This document shows, in pieces, positions 22,203-35,808 of a DNA stretch of 64,000 bases. Position 1 is the first letter of the stretch. Every line of letters starts with the position of its first letter. Under the pieces are notes generated by a model, which ran no database searches, was not told the origin of the DNA, and worked only from the letters and a program-made list of their open reading frames with translations. Made by a program: the position numbers and the translations under genes. Origin of the DNA: Balanoglossus misakiensis. Its lineage: Eukaryota > Animalia > Hemichordata. Where the stretch lies: assembly GCA_040954595.2 (NCBI GenBank), contig CM082576.2:1040648-1104647 (forward strand). The letters run 5' to 3'.

Positions 22203-24723
22203 ATGGCAGACAATGAAGAAAGGGCATTGAAATTAATCGCCGAAGCTGAAAAGAAAATGAAGTCTTCGGAAGGTTTCTTCGGTATGTTTAGGTGAGTCCA
22301 GTTGTGGGATGTGTACATTTTCAACATCATAACATGGCCCCTTCCGCATTTGCATTGTGCTCAATATTGAGCGATTCACAAATCCATTTTAATGTCAGTC
22401 GATTAATACCGTACGTTTTCTTCGTTTGTGCCTCAGTAGCCGCAGCTCGAAATTGGAAGATGCTAGTGAGCTGTACCAGAGAGCTGCTAATATGTTTAAA
22501 ATGGCAAAGAAATGGAGTGGTGAGTGACACGATTCTTTGATTTTCTGAATCTGATCCATATCGCGAATAAGGTGCCCCATGCACATTATATTTTCACGAT
22601 ACATTATAAACGTTATTTATAAACCCTGTCTCTGCTCGTGCTAGATATCTGACTCGTATGTGCTGTGATATTACGAATGCTAAAAATAGAAATGAGAAAC
22701 TGCTTGTTCGATATGTTCAAATGGATGGTGACATGTCCTGATGTCTGATGACAACACTACCATTATGATGTCACGTGATGGGAATGTTTGTTTCCGACGA
22801 CCCAGATGAATCATGAATTCATGAAAAAGTTGGCCTGTACTCTCAACCCTACACCTAGTAACTAACAGTAACCCTAAGACTTGTCTTAGCAGGGAATAGC
22901 ATTCATTTTGCTTGCTGTGTCAAACTCCGTTCATTTCTCTGCAGTCAACCTTGTCCCAACCCTGCATGTGGTCTGAATGTAACTAACACAAGTCGATACT
23001 ACATGTATTTGATTACACCAAATCATTTCAGTTTGGGGATAAATCATGGTTGGTAATGGGGTCGTTCTTAGGGCAGAGTGCACTGTCTGAGAGCGCAGTA
23101 GGGTACTTCATTATATGTAAAAGAACAGAAATTGCTGCCTGCCATCTTTTAAGCCAGGAGTTTTATATAATGTATAAGTAAATGCAGAGCTGTTCACAGA
23201 AATCCTGTTACAGACCGACTACTAAACATCATTATGGTGCATTCTCCTTCATCATGGTCAAAATATTCTTTGTGATTTTCTTCAGCTGCTGGGAATGCAT
23301 TTTGTGAATCTGCATCAATTCAACTACGTCTCAGCAGTAAACATGAAGCTGCAAGTAACTTTGTGGATGCAGGCACCTGCTACAAAAAATCTGATCCACA
23401 AGGTAAGTTCTCACGGCCACATTCATATAAAGACAAGAAAGGGTAGTAAAGTAAAATCATTTGTGAATCTTATGGTGGCTGTAATGAGATATAATAACAT
23501 GTTTTTCATTGATAATTATTTCAGAGGCAGTGAACTGTTTGCATAGAGCTGTGGAGATTTTCACAGACATGGGTAGATTTACCATTGCTGCAAAGCATCA
23601 TATATCAATAGCAGAAATCTATGAGAGTGAAGTCATGGATATAGAAAAAGCAATAAGTAATTATGAGCAAGCAGCTGATTACTACAGGGGGGAAGAATCA
23701 AACAGGTTAGTCGGAAAATTTACTGGTAACTTTGTCAGAGAGGTGATGAGGTTTTCATGCACTTAAAAAATAGTTCTTGTTATCCTTCAACCAACATTTT
23801 TTTAATGAGCTTTAGACCATAGTTTTTCTGTGGTGTTGAACACACTCTATGTATCCCTTCCAAAACCATATATATGTATTCTTGTAATCTTTCTGTTGAA
23901 TTCTCTGTCATACACATTTCAAAGTTTTGCTCATAAAACCATTCATCCATCCAGCACCAAAATGTTCTAAAAGTACATTTCAAAAAGAGCACAGAACACT
24001 TACAGAAGAATTATACAATTTTTTATACATCTGCTAATTTATTAGAATTGGATCACCCAGGAAAATCTCACATTTTTTGCATTGCCTTTTTCAGCTCGGC
24101 CAACAAATGCTCACTGAAAGTAGCTATGTATGCAGCACAGTTGGAGCAGTATCCCAAGGCAATAGAGATCTATGAACAAGTAGCTGCATCTGCCATGGAC
24201 AGCACTCTTCTCAAATACAGTGCAAAAGATTACTTCTTCAAGGCTGCCCTCTGTCACATGTGTATAGATTTACTGGATGCACAGCGCGCTATTCAAAAAT
24301 ATGAAGATATGTTCCCAGCGTTTACTGATAGTAGAGAATGTAAATTGGTGAAGGTTAGTTTGTACACCTGGATTCTCCTCTTTTCTTGATTTAAATATCA
24401 ACCAAGTCGCGATTCATTGTCACACACATACATGTACATGTATACAGATGCAACTCACCATATTTCTACTTTTTTTCCTTTCAGACACTTCTAGCTGCTG
24501 CTGAGGAGCAAAACATAGATGCATACACAGATGCTGTAAGTTTTTTCCCTGCTGCTTTCTTATCTATGGACACATAAAACAGATTTGACCTTGCCTGACC
24601 TCTGATTCGATTTTTTAATTCCAGGTGAAAGACTACGATTCTATATCGCGTCTGGATCAGTGGTTGACTACAATTCTGTTGAGGATAAAGAAAGGCATCA
24701 GTGGAGACCCTGACCTCCGATAA
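22203..24723 (+). CDS. NAPA: Alpha-soluble NSF attachment protein, 7 coding exons
   Basis: [18 protein letters not shown]..., [88 protein letters not shown]...DLR*. Confidence 0.97.
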
Positions 24724-26835
24724 AAATGGTATGATGATGATGATGATGATGATCTAGATGTCTGATCAAACAACTTTATTAGGAATGAAGAACGATTTTC
24801 TTCACATGCCAGTATGAGAGAATATTGGGAACATTCAAGTTTTAAACTGCCAGATTTTATGTATTGAACCTGGCATGCATTAAACTGTAAATAAGCAATG
24901 TCTTTAAAGTTTGTTGAATATATGTGATTCGTTTTATGTGTTAAAATGACAGCAGGTAATATTTTGCAAGTCACTTTAAACAATCATTGTTACTACCAAA
25001 ACACTAGCACAACAAAACTGTATTCTGTCATCCAGGTAAATACTGACCAAAGTTATTGTTAGTGTTATATTTATCTCTCATATTATGAAAGTCCCTTGGT
25101 AGCTGCATCTTTTTCTTTTCCAAAATCACAGCTGTTTCATGCAAATATACTTGGCATTAGTATGAAGTGTGTCAACCAGTATGTGTAAATACATTCTTGC
25201 TATGACAACACAAGAGAAATGGAGTGACTCAACAGATATTTTTATGCATAATAAGAATGCTGTAATGATTCAAAGTACAGGCACTTTGAAAATTGCGCTT
25301 TACTACTTTGGCCGAATAACTGCAAGTGTGTGACACACAAACAATGCTATAGGTGTTGTTATCTTCCAGAGAACATTTTCATTAATATATATATATATAT
25401 AGGTGCAGAAATATGGAAAAGAAGCAGCTACTTCTACAGGCTTTTGCTTGGTGAATTTGAATTATGCAAACAAGGTCCTATGTTTGTTGCTGGACTGTAC
25501 ACACTGGTTTTCATGGATTGCCATTAGCTGGCTGTATTGTGTCCTCTCACAGTGTTACAGAGGATGGACCAGATTGCTCTGGTGAAAATGGGATTATCTT
25601 TGTGGTGTGTACTGATAGATTAGAACAAAATTACTTACACGATGATGTATGCAGCAGCAATGGTTTCTTTGTACCTTTTCACTAGAAGACTCAAGATGGA
25701 AGATCAATTTCATTTTGAACGTCTTTTGCAATTTGAAGACTCCAGGCATCAAATGGGATATGCAGCAATAGATATCTGCTTATGTATTCTCCAGGATATA
25801 TGAATGATAGAAACTCGACTCTGTGAACTTTTGTGATGTACCAGTTAGCTTTCCAAAACGTGAAGAAGATTTATGATAACTATTATTACAACCTTTTTGA
25901 TTTTTACATGTGTATAAGGTTTACCTGCAATTTCCCTCAACAGGGTGCAACAAACATTGGACAGCAATAGTTTCCTTTTAGGATTTTTTTTTATTTGCCC
26001 ATTTGCTATAACAAATCTGGGTTTGCATAATGTCTGCAAGGAACAAAACATAGTGATAGCAGATATTAGCTCTCTGCTTGTCTTACTTTACATTAGAATA
26101 TGCTACATAAACATTATTCTGAATAATCCACAATAAAAGGGAACTGATCTCAAACTGCTGCATTATCTCAGTGTTTCCCCTCTCTCTGTTTCTACTATGT
26201 AGTAGTAAAAACAAAGAAGAGAGTCAACTTTCATTAGGTTAAGGTTTATGGTGTATTTTCACCAACCTCTGTTTTGTGTTGTCTACATTCGTGATATTTC
26301 TGCATTTCCCTACTTGATGACATGTACTTGATGAAATTTATGTATACTATAGGAAGATGTTGGGAGATTAGCTATACACAACCAGTCGTTATATTGTGAT
26401 CACTAGGAAGCCTAGCTGCAGTATCCAAACTTTAGGTTTTGCATGGTATAACCATGTGTAGCGCCAGCAGTGTTAGAAAGGGCAGGAACTCTCGGCAACA
26501 ACGGAAAACTTGCGCACGCGCATTTCACCAGGCTAGAAATATTCAAGTCGTCTTTGAAGTGATGATAATCCGGCTAATTCGCTGTCAGTTGCAGCAAATA
26601 CGGCGGGAAGTTGCATCGTTTTTATTAAAATTCAGGTGTATCCGTATAAAACATGTCCAAATATATTCATTCAGGCTGAAAAAACTGAATGACAGAAATG
26701 GACAACTTGAACTAGAAAATTTTGTATGTTTTTTAATTGTACCACATAATCACGTTTTACGCGTTCGTTACCAAGGAATTACATTACATTTGACGCCTGT
26801 TTTCTTTATATTTTTCAACGTTTACGAAGTTGAAG

Positions 26836-28123
26836 TTATTGTCCCATGCATGGATTTTTTGTGGAGCAGAGATAACTACCGCCAAATTCTAATGCAGCAC
26901 CTGTGAAGTACTGATCTTCAACCAATTCGTAACCCATCCACCATTTGAGTTTGTAAATCTTGATTGCCACATCGGCAACATAACTCTCCACACAGACTGG
27001 TGCGAACCCTTCCTCGGTTGGACCTGGAAGGCATCGTTGTAAAGTACTTGGTTTCGTTGTGAGTTCAACCGACATTTTATAACCGAGACTCCATATTGTG
27101 GCCGCCACATATCCATTGCACCCATCTATTTCTTTCACTACACGTGAATTGGTCGGCAAAAAATCGAGTACCAGGTTTTTCTCGTAGTTGCGGTAACCGA
27201 TCAGATGGGCCGGGATATCCATGGAGAGGAAACCCAGCTCACCAATGGACGCAACAAATGTGACATTTGTTGTTTTGTTGAAAGCTTGCACCCAAATCCA
27301 CGCAGGTGGAAATGCATTGCCCCAGTTTTTCTCTTGGTGAGCGACCACTTTTCCAGAGATGGTCTCGTTTGATGTGAGATTGGTCCATCGGTAGTTTCCA
27401 AGTGACCCTAAGCTATAGACGTACCAATGCAATGGAAGCGGCAGCAAATCAAAATAGCCAGCAGGACCTAATGTAAAGACAGAGAAAGTTCAAAATTAAC
27501 CACCCGTTCCAAATAAGACCAGATTTACTAGAAATCTGGAAAGTTGTTTCCGAGATGTTTGATAGCCGAGAGAATTCAAAGAGAGCCTTTCAAAATGTCT
27601 GAAGCTAACATCTTACAAACCAACCTGTTCCTTCTGGACTCCATGGTAATGGCGGTCCGAGATGTCCTTGAAATCTGATGTCGGATATTATAAAATCGAA
27701 CTCAGTGTTATCTGGAGTGACCATGAAGCAGCCGTGGTTTTCAGAGATCCATGAAAAGTGCGGATGACTTCTTATGTCTGGATTTTCCACAATTGGTAGT
27801 CCATTTTCCCCTCTGATATCAATCTCGGATTGGTCGGGAAAAGCGTGGATAACCTGCATGCTTTCAGTATCTCCGTTGGAACGAATGAACCCTATGTATG
27901 TAGACCCATACTTCAGTGGTCTACCAGAATTCAACGAGACGGAGCCAAATATGAGACCGAATGATTGTTTTGAATCGATGTCAATCAGTCGAGTATACCA
28001 TCCTTCCATGAACGAACCTTTCGTTGGAAATACATGGGGATCGTAAAGACTTCCATGGGCGCCATGGCAACCGAAAATTGCAAGGAAGCCCAAGATTCCG
28101 ACAGCTAACACTTCTTTAGACAT
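26836..28123 (-). CDS. Tocopherol-cyclase-like (VTE1-fold) protein with a predicted signal peptide, 2 exons, about 376 aa
   Basis: Exons 28123-27625 and 27467-26836 join in frame across a GT-AG intron. Motifs FMEGWY, GPAGYFDLLPLPLHWYV, HQEKNWGNAFPPAWIWVQA and terminal AALEFGG parallel the VTE1 motifs FFEGWY, EKNWG..FP..W.W.Q and A.LE.GG. The N-terminus is hydrophobic (MSKEVLAVGILGFLAIFGCHGAHG). Confidence 0.8.
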
Positions 28124-29423
28124 AATTGGATGGAGCGTTCACGTCAAGAAGCATGTACCTGTTGTGAATTGCCTGAGTTACGAAATCACCGATGACGTGT
28201 TTGATCTTATCACCGTAATTGGAGCGAGCATGAATGGGACCCAAGGTGACCCGTGGATATCCCATGGCCACACCATGGCAACAAGTATGACTATAGGGGT
28301 AAAACTGTAGAATATGGAAGTCGGGATTTATCAAGTAACAACTTCAATATTTTCAGAGTTGTATTTCTTTTGGCTTTGCCAAAGTGGTCTACATACACCA
28401 AGCAAAATATTTACAAAAGAGGAAAACAATCAGGAACAAATAACATTTATAGAAAGATTTATTTTCACAAAAAGCCAAGTCACGCCACTTTTCAAACACG
28501 TTTCAGTGGGTCCAGGGTTGAAACTCTTCCGGAATGATGATTGGTTAGTTGAACAGATGTTCCTATTGTGATGGAAATAGCATTAACCGGTACTTCAGCT
28601 TGTAAATAATAATTGAATTATTTATTTCTCCACAAATGAAAAATACAAATGTTATATAGATTTTGGTATTATTGAATGGTGATAGCCATGAAGATACATG
28701 TAATTTGATAGAACTTATGCCGGTTCATGAACCCTGGAGATATATTATTATAATAAGTGATAAAATATACGTGGCAGTTGTTACGGGTACGTAAAGCAAT
28801 ACAGAGTATAAAAATCACATGTTAATTATAATACAGCCAATTGAACGAACGGACTTTGAATTATCGAACTCTTGTTTGAACTTTGATTACCTTATAACCT
28901 AATTAACGGATGATATATTTAAATAACACGAAGCATATGCAAGATGAAAGACAGTTGATGACTCAACAAAAATGATTTAAAGAGAATGGAGATCTTTGGA
29001 CGAGACGAGTCATGCCACCTCATATGACGTCATTATTTTATGAGCCAAAGTCTGCCACCTCATGATGTGGCTTCATGCACAGTACATATATATTGTATTT
29101 TAATTTGGTGACTTCATGTACATGTTATTTAATCAGTTTCCGATGGAAGTTCTTAAATTCCTATTATGATAAATTATTCAAGATAAACTTGTACTATTGA
29201 ATATACGTGTTCGGTCGGTTCGAGGAGAACGTCTTTGGGCCATCGGAGTGCAGTGGTAACACTTGGGTTACGAGCAATAGACTTTGATCGACACTTCAAC
29301 TCATCACGACCTCTACCCGCAAGATACGGGGTGTCAGACGACATATAACATGGTAGAATCTATGGTTTGTGTGTCATAATCAAGTGCCGGTCTTTACACA
29401 TGGACGAGAAGTCGATATTCGCT

Positions 29424-31625
29424 TCAGACTGTCTGAATAAGCAACACGAAATAGGTGATAAATGCCCCAGCAAGCTGTAAAGAAAAGAAAATCAAATTGA
29501 GAACCATGTCAAAAAGTTCAGCACACAGCTAGGCATATTGTTCAGTTCAGTTTTCAGTGTTCAAATCTGCTCCATTTCATTATGTTACATCGTCCAGACG
29601 GCCGGTGTGAAGTTCTTAATAAACTTTCATTTGCCTTCTCTTCCCTTACGCTCTTGATTCATACTTACGGTGACTACGAATTCTTTGCTGATGTAAAACA
29701 GCCCCCACATCGTAAAGCCAGCATAGTTGTCATGAAGCTTTAACAGAAATGCCAAAAGCTGTCGAGATACAAATATCATAACAAGGGACTTCAAAGTGAC
29801 AATCTTTTTTGTCAGGTTTAGTCATGACTTAACCACAGGTAATATATGCATTCGCTTCGCTCGGTGATTATTTCCCGTCAAACATGTTAAGTTTCAGCTG
29901 AGAAGTTTTATATCCGCAAACAAATACCATTTCTCTATACATGTAGCATGTCTGGCCTGGCATTAATGACCATATTTAGAAGAATTCTAATTATACATAC
30001 CTGTGTGCGTGTGGCGGAATTGCACCCAGAATCCTCTCTGAGGGACACGTCATGAAGAAGGAACAATGGAGCCTGGATCTGAGATTGACATAAACAAATT
30101 AATGATGTTCCAGAAGTGCACCAATATATGACGTGCGTTTCAGAGACGATGTATACGAGGAGCAGTTCTCTATTGCCCAGGTGTAATGATTCTTGATTAT
30201 GTTGGAGTTGAAATGGTTAAGGGGTAACGCATTTGATATTGCGGGGGGAGGGGCTGGAAGAAATGGAAATTGTGCATCTATTTCTACGGTACCATAATTT
30301 TTGATGCCTAACTTAGAAGCAATATTTTAGGGGCCATGCCCTAACGAACTGCTGCATATCCGTTGCTCAACACATTAACACCATGTCTGTGTGCAACGAT
30401 CAATTAGCAGCTCCACCAAATCCGCAGCATTTCAACCAGGGCATGGGTCACATTGCCTCCCTACGCACCAGTAAAACCTTTCTAAGGTTGCAAGAGCCAT
30501 AGCTTGTCAAGAAAACCTGATGCACTGTTACACGGGGAACTTTACTGTTACCTTTTCATGGAGAGTTCCGGCACTGCAGGAAACCGCAGCCAAATAGAAA
30601 AACAAACACACAAACCAGTATCCAAAGAAAATGGTGCTGTAGAAACTTAGACTCTCGGATGAAGTAACAATGTTATAAAGAGTGAACATGTTTACAACCA
30701 GACCAGTTGTCATGGTAACCATGATGAATGGAGAAAATATACGATCGGCATCTGACGTCACCTTGCACAGTCTTTGATGTTCCTGTCGCATTGCTTCCAG
30801 ATCCCCTTCAAATGTCCCGTCATGGAGAATTTGATTCGAAAGTGTTGATGTCAGTTTGTCAAATTGGTTTGACAAGGCTTTGCAAATTAATGTGAAATGG
30901 AGTATTAAAAAGCTTAACGAGGCATTGTTCAGAGTTAGGTTGGGAATAAAGAACGCGAAATATGTGATGTCGGTCTTCGGGAATGGCTGCGCCAGAAATT
31001 CAAACTCTTCCACACGAAATGGACCAAACTGCAGAAAAGCGAACGAGACACCGCTGATCACGAAAAACACACAAATTCCAACACCAACTTTAACACCCCG
31101 CTTCAATTTTCCTCCCTCGAACTTTAATCCTAAACGAATGCTTTGCTCGCTCTGGCAAAATTCTTGCCAATTTCTGTAAAAAGTATTCAGCCCCTGTGAT
31201 CGAGAACATGCAACAAAACAGATGGTAGCATTGCATGAACATTGTAAGAATGTTAACAGACAGAGTAACTTTGTTGTAAAATGCGGATTTCCTGGCTGAT
31301 CTTGCATCCATGGAACGTGGATGAAACGAAAGAAGTTAAACCACATTGCAGATAGAATCAGAAAACAAAAATGCCTTCCGTTGATTATCTTCTTAATCCA
31401 ATTCTTTCGCCGTGTTTGTTGAAATGCGACTGGCGTGTAGTACAGTCCAAACATGGCCATTGCCGTGTAGAGAATTTTCATAGTCTTGTAAAGTTCATTG
31501 TCGTAGATGTTAATATTCTTCGTGTTGCAGCTCGAAGATTGTCCTGCTGGTCGATGTTCATCTGTTGATACATCTTCAGACAAACTGCTTCCCTGCACGG
31601 GAAGATCAACAGGAGCTACTTTCAT
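29424..31625 (-). CDS. Gustatory-receptor-like (Grl, 7tm_7) protein A, 4 exons, about 430 aa
   Basis: Exons 31625-30552, 30078-30001, 29758-29669 and 29474-29424. Motifs RQEHQRLC...ADRIFSPF, GFTMWGLFYISKEF and the TM7 signature TYFVLLIQ; three phase-0 3' introns. The start codon is uncertain. Confidence 0.88.
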
Positions 31626-32916
31626 GATTGGAATTTCTGGATCCTGGAATCACACTGGCATGAAATGTTGTCTCGCAGCACAGAGATTGAAGTCGAATGA
31701 GAAACAAGCACTTACTACCTGCCTTCTTCTTTTATGGTAATGGGGCAATAATTTGCCATGGTTACCATAATGAAGTAGCGGGGGCAATGAAGGCTATTCA
31801 TTTTATCGGTGATTTGAAATTCATTAAAATTCATTTCGGTGAGTACTTCGACTCCTTTGTTGTTCAGACTCTACTGTAAAAGTAACACATTTTACCATTT
31901 GGCTTCATTTTCTTGTGAAATGACATAAATAATCAAGACCGTTTGATTCCCTGTAGGGCACTGTGGCCTTGCACGAGGAAATGAAATTTATTGACAAGAG
32001 GAATACAATCACAGCAGGATCAAAGACATTGTAGAGATAATGTAGGACCCTGATATATGCGGTTGTCACGTCGTGGCCAAAGGTTGTAAACTAAAAGCCA
32101 TATAGGTCAGTCTGTTTTATTTTCTCGAGAGAATGACAAAAACATTACATTATAAAAATGTTTCTGTGAGGATTTTATGATTGATTTACAATTAAACATA
32201 CGGACATCATTGTACAGTTTGTGATACAGACGTCGTTGGATTTTCACATCTGTTGTTTTGCGATGAATGTAGATGATTGTGAATAATTTCAGACAGGCAC
32301 TGGGGATTTATGGGTAATGAAACCCCCACCTACATACGGGGCCTGAATTGGAGGATTTTATGTGAATACTTACTTGTTCAGGTCGAAATGACAACGCCGA
32401 CGGCAAACAACTTTAATATATTGGATTTCCAGACGTGTCTTTAACCTGCACCATACACGCCATTTTCTCTTTTATCATTTGTTTGTCATATCAATGATAC
32501 CATCCATTAGGCCATTTCCTTGTTAATTCAACCATGTCAGGTGTCTTGCCATTTTAATCATCATACTTGACACTGGAACAACTTATATTCTGGTCACTTT
32601 GTTTTGCGATGCGATCCAATATGTTGGTGCCCGGCGGTTACATTTTTTTCATGTGTAGGACACCCAAATTATGCTTGCCTTTTCATCAGCACGGAAAGAC
32701 AAAAGCTGAATTTGTCAAAATCAGTATTTTATTTCATTCTCCGAAACTTAATATACAAGTGAAGGTTGATGTTTAATCCGATATGAAGATAATAATTACA
32801 CACATTCATATACGTTACACTGATAAGCTTAAATCGAGGTTTCAAATATTTTTGCGAGTCAAATTTTACACTATGCTTAAAGGGCGGGATGACAACTGCA
32901 GCAAATCGATATCTTC

Positions 32917-35808
32917 TCACATTGTTTGAATAAGCAGTACGAAATAGGTAATAAATGCTCCAGTAATCTGAAAGGAAAAGAAATATATTAAAATATAAGA
33001 ATATACCACAGATATGCTTTTTATTCTCCAGTGGTCTCTGATCCAGAAAATTTGAACTTTGAGTATCACTGGCCAGTTAATATTTGCATATTGTATATTA
33101 GGCTAATGAATCTGCATATTGTAAGTGCTGCACCTGTCGATTATCAACGAGTGCATCAACCGGTTTCGAGGTCACAGTAGTGACAAGAGTGAATGTACTG
33201 CGATATTTGGATCCCTCGGTCTCAATTTCTACTCGTGTTCCGGGTCTCGTGTGTGTAGTGACGCCATTCTATTTGCCTGGAGTCACCCTTTCTATTTGTG
33301 TCCAGAGTTTCTATCTCTACGAGTTTATCCAGTGTAAGTTGTCCGTTGTTGGATCTGTCAACTAAGTCAGTCATCAGCCGAAACGGCCATTACCAGAACT
33401 GCACTGTTGCGTCACAACAAGCAAGACTTGGAGTCTACACGTCCAGTTTCAAGCAAGTGGTTAGCGGCCGTGTATCATCGACTGCGGCGGACAACACTTC
33501 TGATGTGAGTTTACAGTTTATTTTTTGGTGCATAAACCGTCCTTACCCGAATTATTATAATCAGTTCTTAGAGAAGCATTACGATAATTTCGAAGCGTAA
33601 ATGAAAGTGTAGCAGTGTCAGGAAGTTCTGGATTTTGTGGTTTCCGCCATATTGTAGCCTGGGACGATGGTCTGATAAAAGCCACATTTCCAAATGTTCT
33701 TGATAATGCTGTTGAAATGACTTGCAGTTCATTTTTAAAAGTCCTCATTATTACATCTATACTATCAGTGTATTCTCATGCAATTAAATGTTAGCTATGC
33801 TTACCGTGATAATGAATTCTTTGCTGATGTAAAACAGACCCCACACAGTAAACCCAGCGTAGTTGCCATGGAGAGCCAATAGAAACGTCATCATCTGTCA
33901 AGATAAACACACAGACGTCTAAGTTTGAAGTGAAATCTACATCTGCCACTGTTTGCGTAAAATGAGATCTCTGTTCTGAGCAATATATTGCATTTGTCAG
34001 TTCAAGTAGCGCATTATTATTTTTTTTATCTGTAGTGACTGTCCTTAAAAATTATGAAGCTCAGACGCTAGAAAAAAAAACACACCTGCATCTTTGTAGC
34101 AGAATCATTTCCTAGAGAATTTCTGAGTGAAATTTTATGAAGTAAAAACAATGGAGCCTGGATCTGAAAAAAACGATAAGAAATTTGGTTGCAAAGTTAT
34201 TACATATTTTCAGAAACGCCATCGTTTATGATAGCATCGATGATATGATGTGTTGGGCGAAAATTTCCAGCCTGAGGCCAATTGTAAGCGATAACACGAG
34301 GAAATCACTTTCTGTACAAATAGATCTATTCCTCTAAATATGCAACCTTCAAATTGAAAGGAGTAACACACAGTCACATGATGATTGTTGATCTTATTAT
34401 CCCAAATGCACGAATTACTAAGTATGCACAGCGTCTTGAGATATTCACACTTCTTCCGAATAACAGGAATCGCAAAACTATGCAAAGATGTGACGGCCAG
34501 GTTTTACTCATGAAAGTGAATTGTACATCAATTTGAGTGAATTACCTTTTCATGGAGGGAGCCTGCATAACAGCAGACAAGTATCAAGTAGACTGTCAAA
34601 CAGACAAACCAATAGCCGAAGAAAACCAGGGTGTAGATGCTCAGGTGGTCAAACATGGTCACAATCTCATAAAGAATAAACATGTTAGTCACTAAACCGA
34701 TCGTCACTGTGACCATGATGAAAGGAGAAAAGATTCTATCTGCATCTGATGTGATTTCGCAGAGTCGTTGATGTTCCTGTCGTATCGTTTCAAGATCGCC
34801 CTTAAACGTCCCGTCTCTGAGAATTTGGCCTGACAATGTTAATGTGAGTTTTTGAAACTGGTTTGTCAGGACTTTGCAAATTAAGACAAAATAGAGCATG
34901 GGGAAGCAGAAAGCAACTTCGCTTACTATCATAGCGGGAAAGGTGTACACAACATAATTGATTGTGGTTTTTGGAAATGGTAATGTCAGGAAATCAAATT
35001 CTGCTTGTGCTGACTCAAATGCCCCAAACATTAACATAGCCATGTAGCAGACACCACTGATTGTGAAAACCAGAGATATTACTATGTCAGCTTTTACCAC
35101 AAACTTAAGTTTACTGGTGTCGTATCTTAACCCCAAATGAAGGCTTTGCTCGCTTTGGCAAAGTTCGTGCCAGTTTCTGTAGAATGCGTTCAGTCCCATT
35201 GATCGGGAACACCCAACAAAACAGACCGTTGCATTACACGCACATTGCAGGCTCCAACCGAGACAGACTAACTTGGTCGAAAAATTCGGGTTTCCGGGTC
35301 GATCGTGTATCCATGGAACAGCGATGAAACGAAAGAAGTTGAACCACAAAAAAGATGTCATCAACAAGCAGAAATTGCGTCCGTTGAAGATCTTCTGTCT
35401 CCAGGTGTTTCTCTGGCTTTCTTGGGGTACAACTGGCGTGTGGTACATTCCAAACAGAGCCATGACGGTGTGCAGTTTGTTGATTACTTTGTGAAGTTCT
35501 ATTTCACGGATGTCTTTTTCGTCAGTTCTTGCAGACGATCTCCGTTGGCGCCGTTCATTTGATTCCCGTCCTGCATCTCCTGAAACGCTAATAACACTAA
35601 TATCGTCTTGCAGATAATCTACAGGTCCAACTTTCATGTTTGATTTTGGCGAACCACTCCGATTAATACAAGTTAGTTCTAGTTGTGGATCTGGCCTATC
35701 GCGATGTGATTTCGAGTCATTCAAGCAGGTTGTTTCATGAGAAGTCTGTAGTACTTGAAGACCTAGGGAGCGTTCAATATCAACAACGGGTGGGGACTTG
35801 AAAGCCAT
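32917..35808 (-). CDS. Gustatory-receptor-like (Grl, 7tm_7) protein B, 4 exons, about 493 aa
   Basis: Exons 35808-34546, 34163-34086, 33894-33805 and 32967-32917. It is a tandem paralogue of A with identical 78/90/51-nt terminal exons; GFTVWGLFYISKEF, TYFVLLIQTM*. Confidence 0.88.

Noticed and set aside
24730-24770. ATGATGA...CTGA resembling a C/D box snoRNA
   Set aside because: A (GAT)n microsatellite in the NAPA 3'UTR; too short and not intronic.
26439-26906. 155-aa + strand ORF
   Set aside because: No recognisable motifs; it overlaps the 3' end/UTR of the tocopherol-cyclase-like gene on the opposite strand.
29237-29340. tRNA/SINE-like head (GGAGTGCAGTGGTAACAC)
   Set aside because: Only an A-box-like segment; no B box or cloverleaf is discernible.
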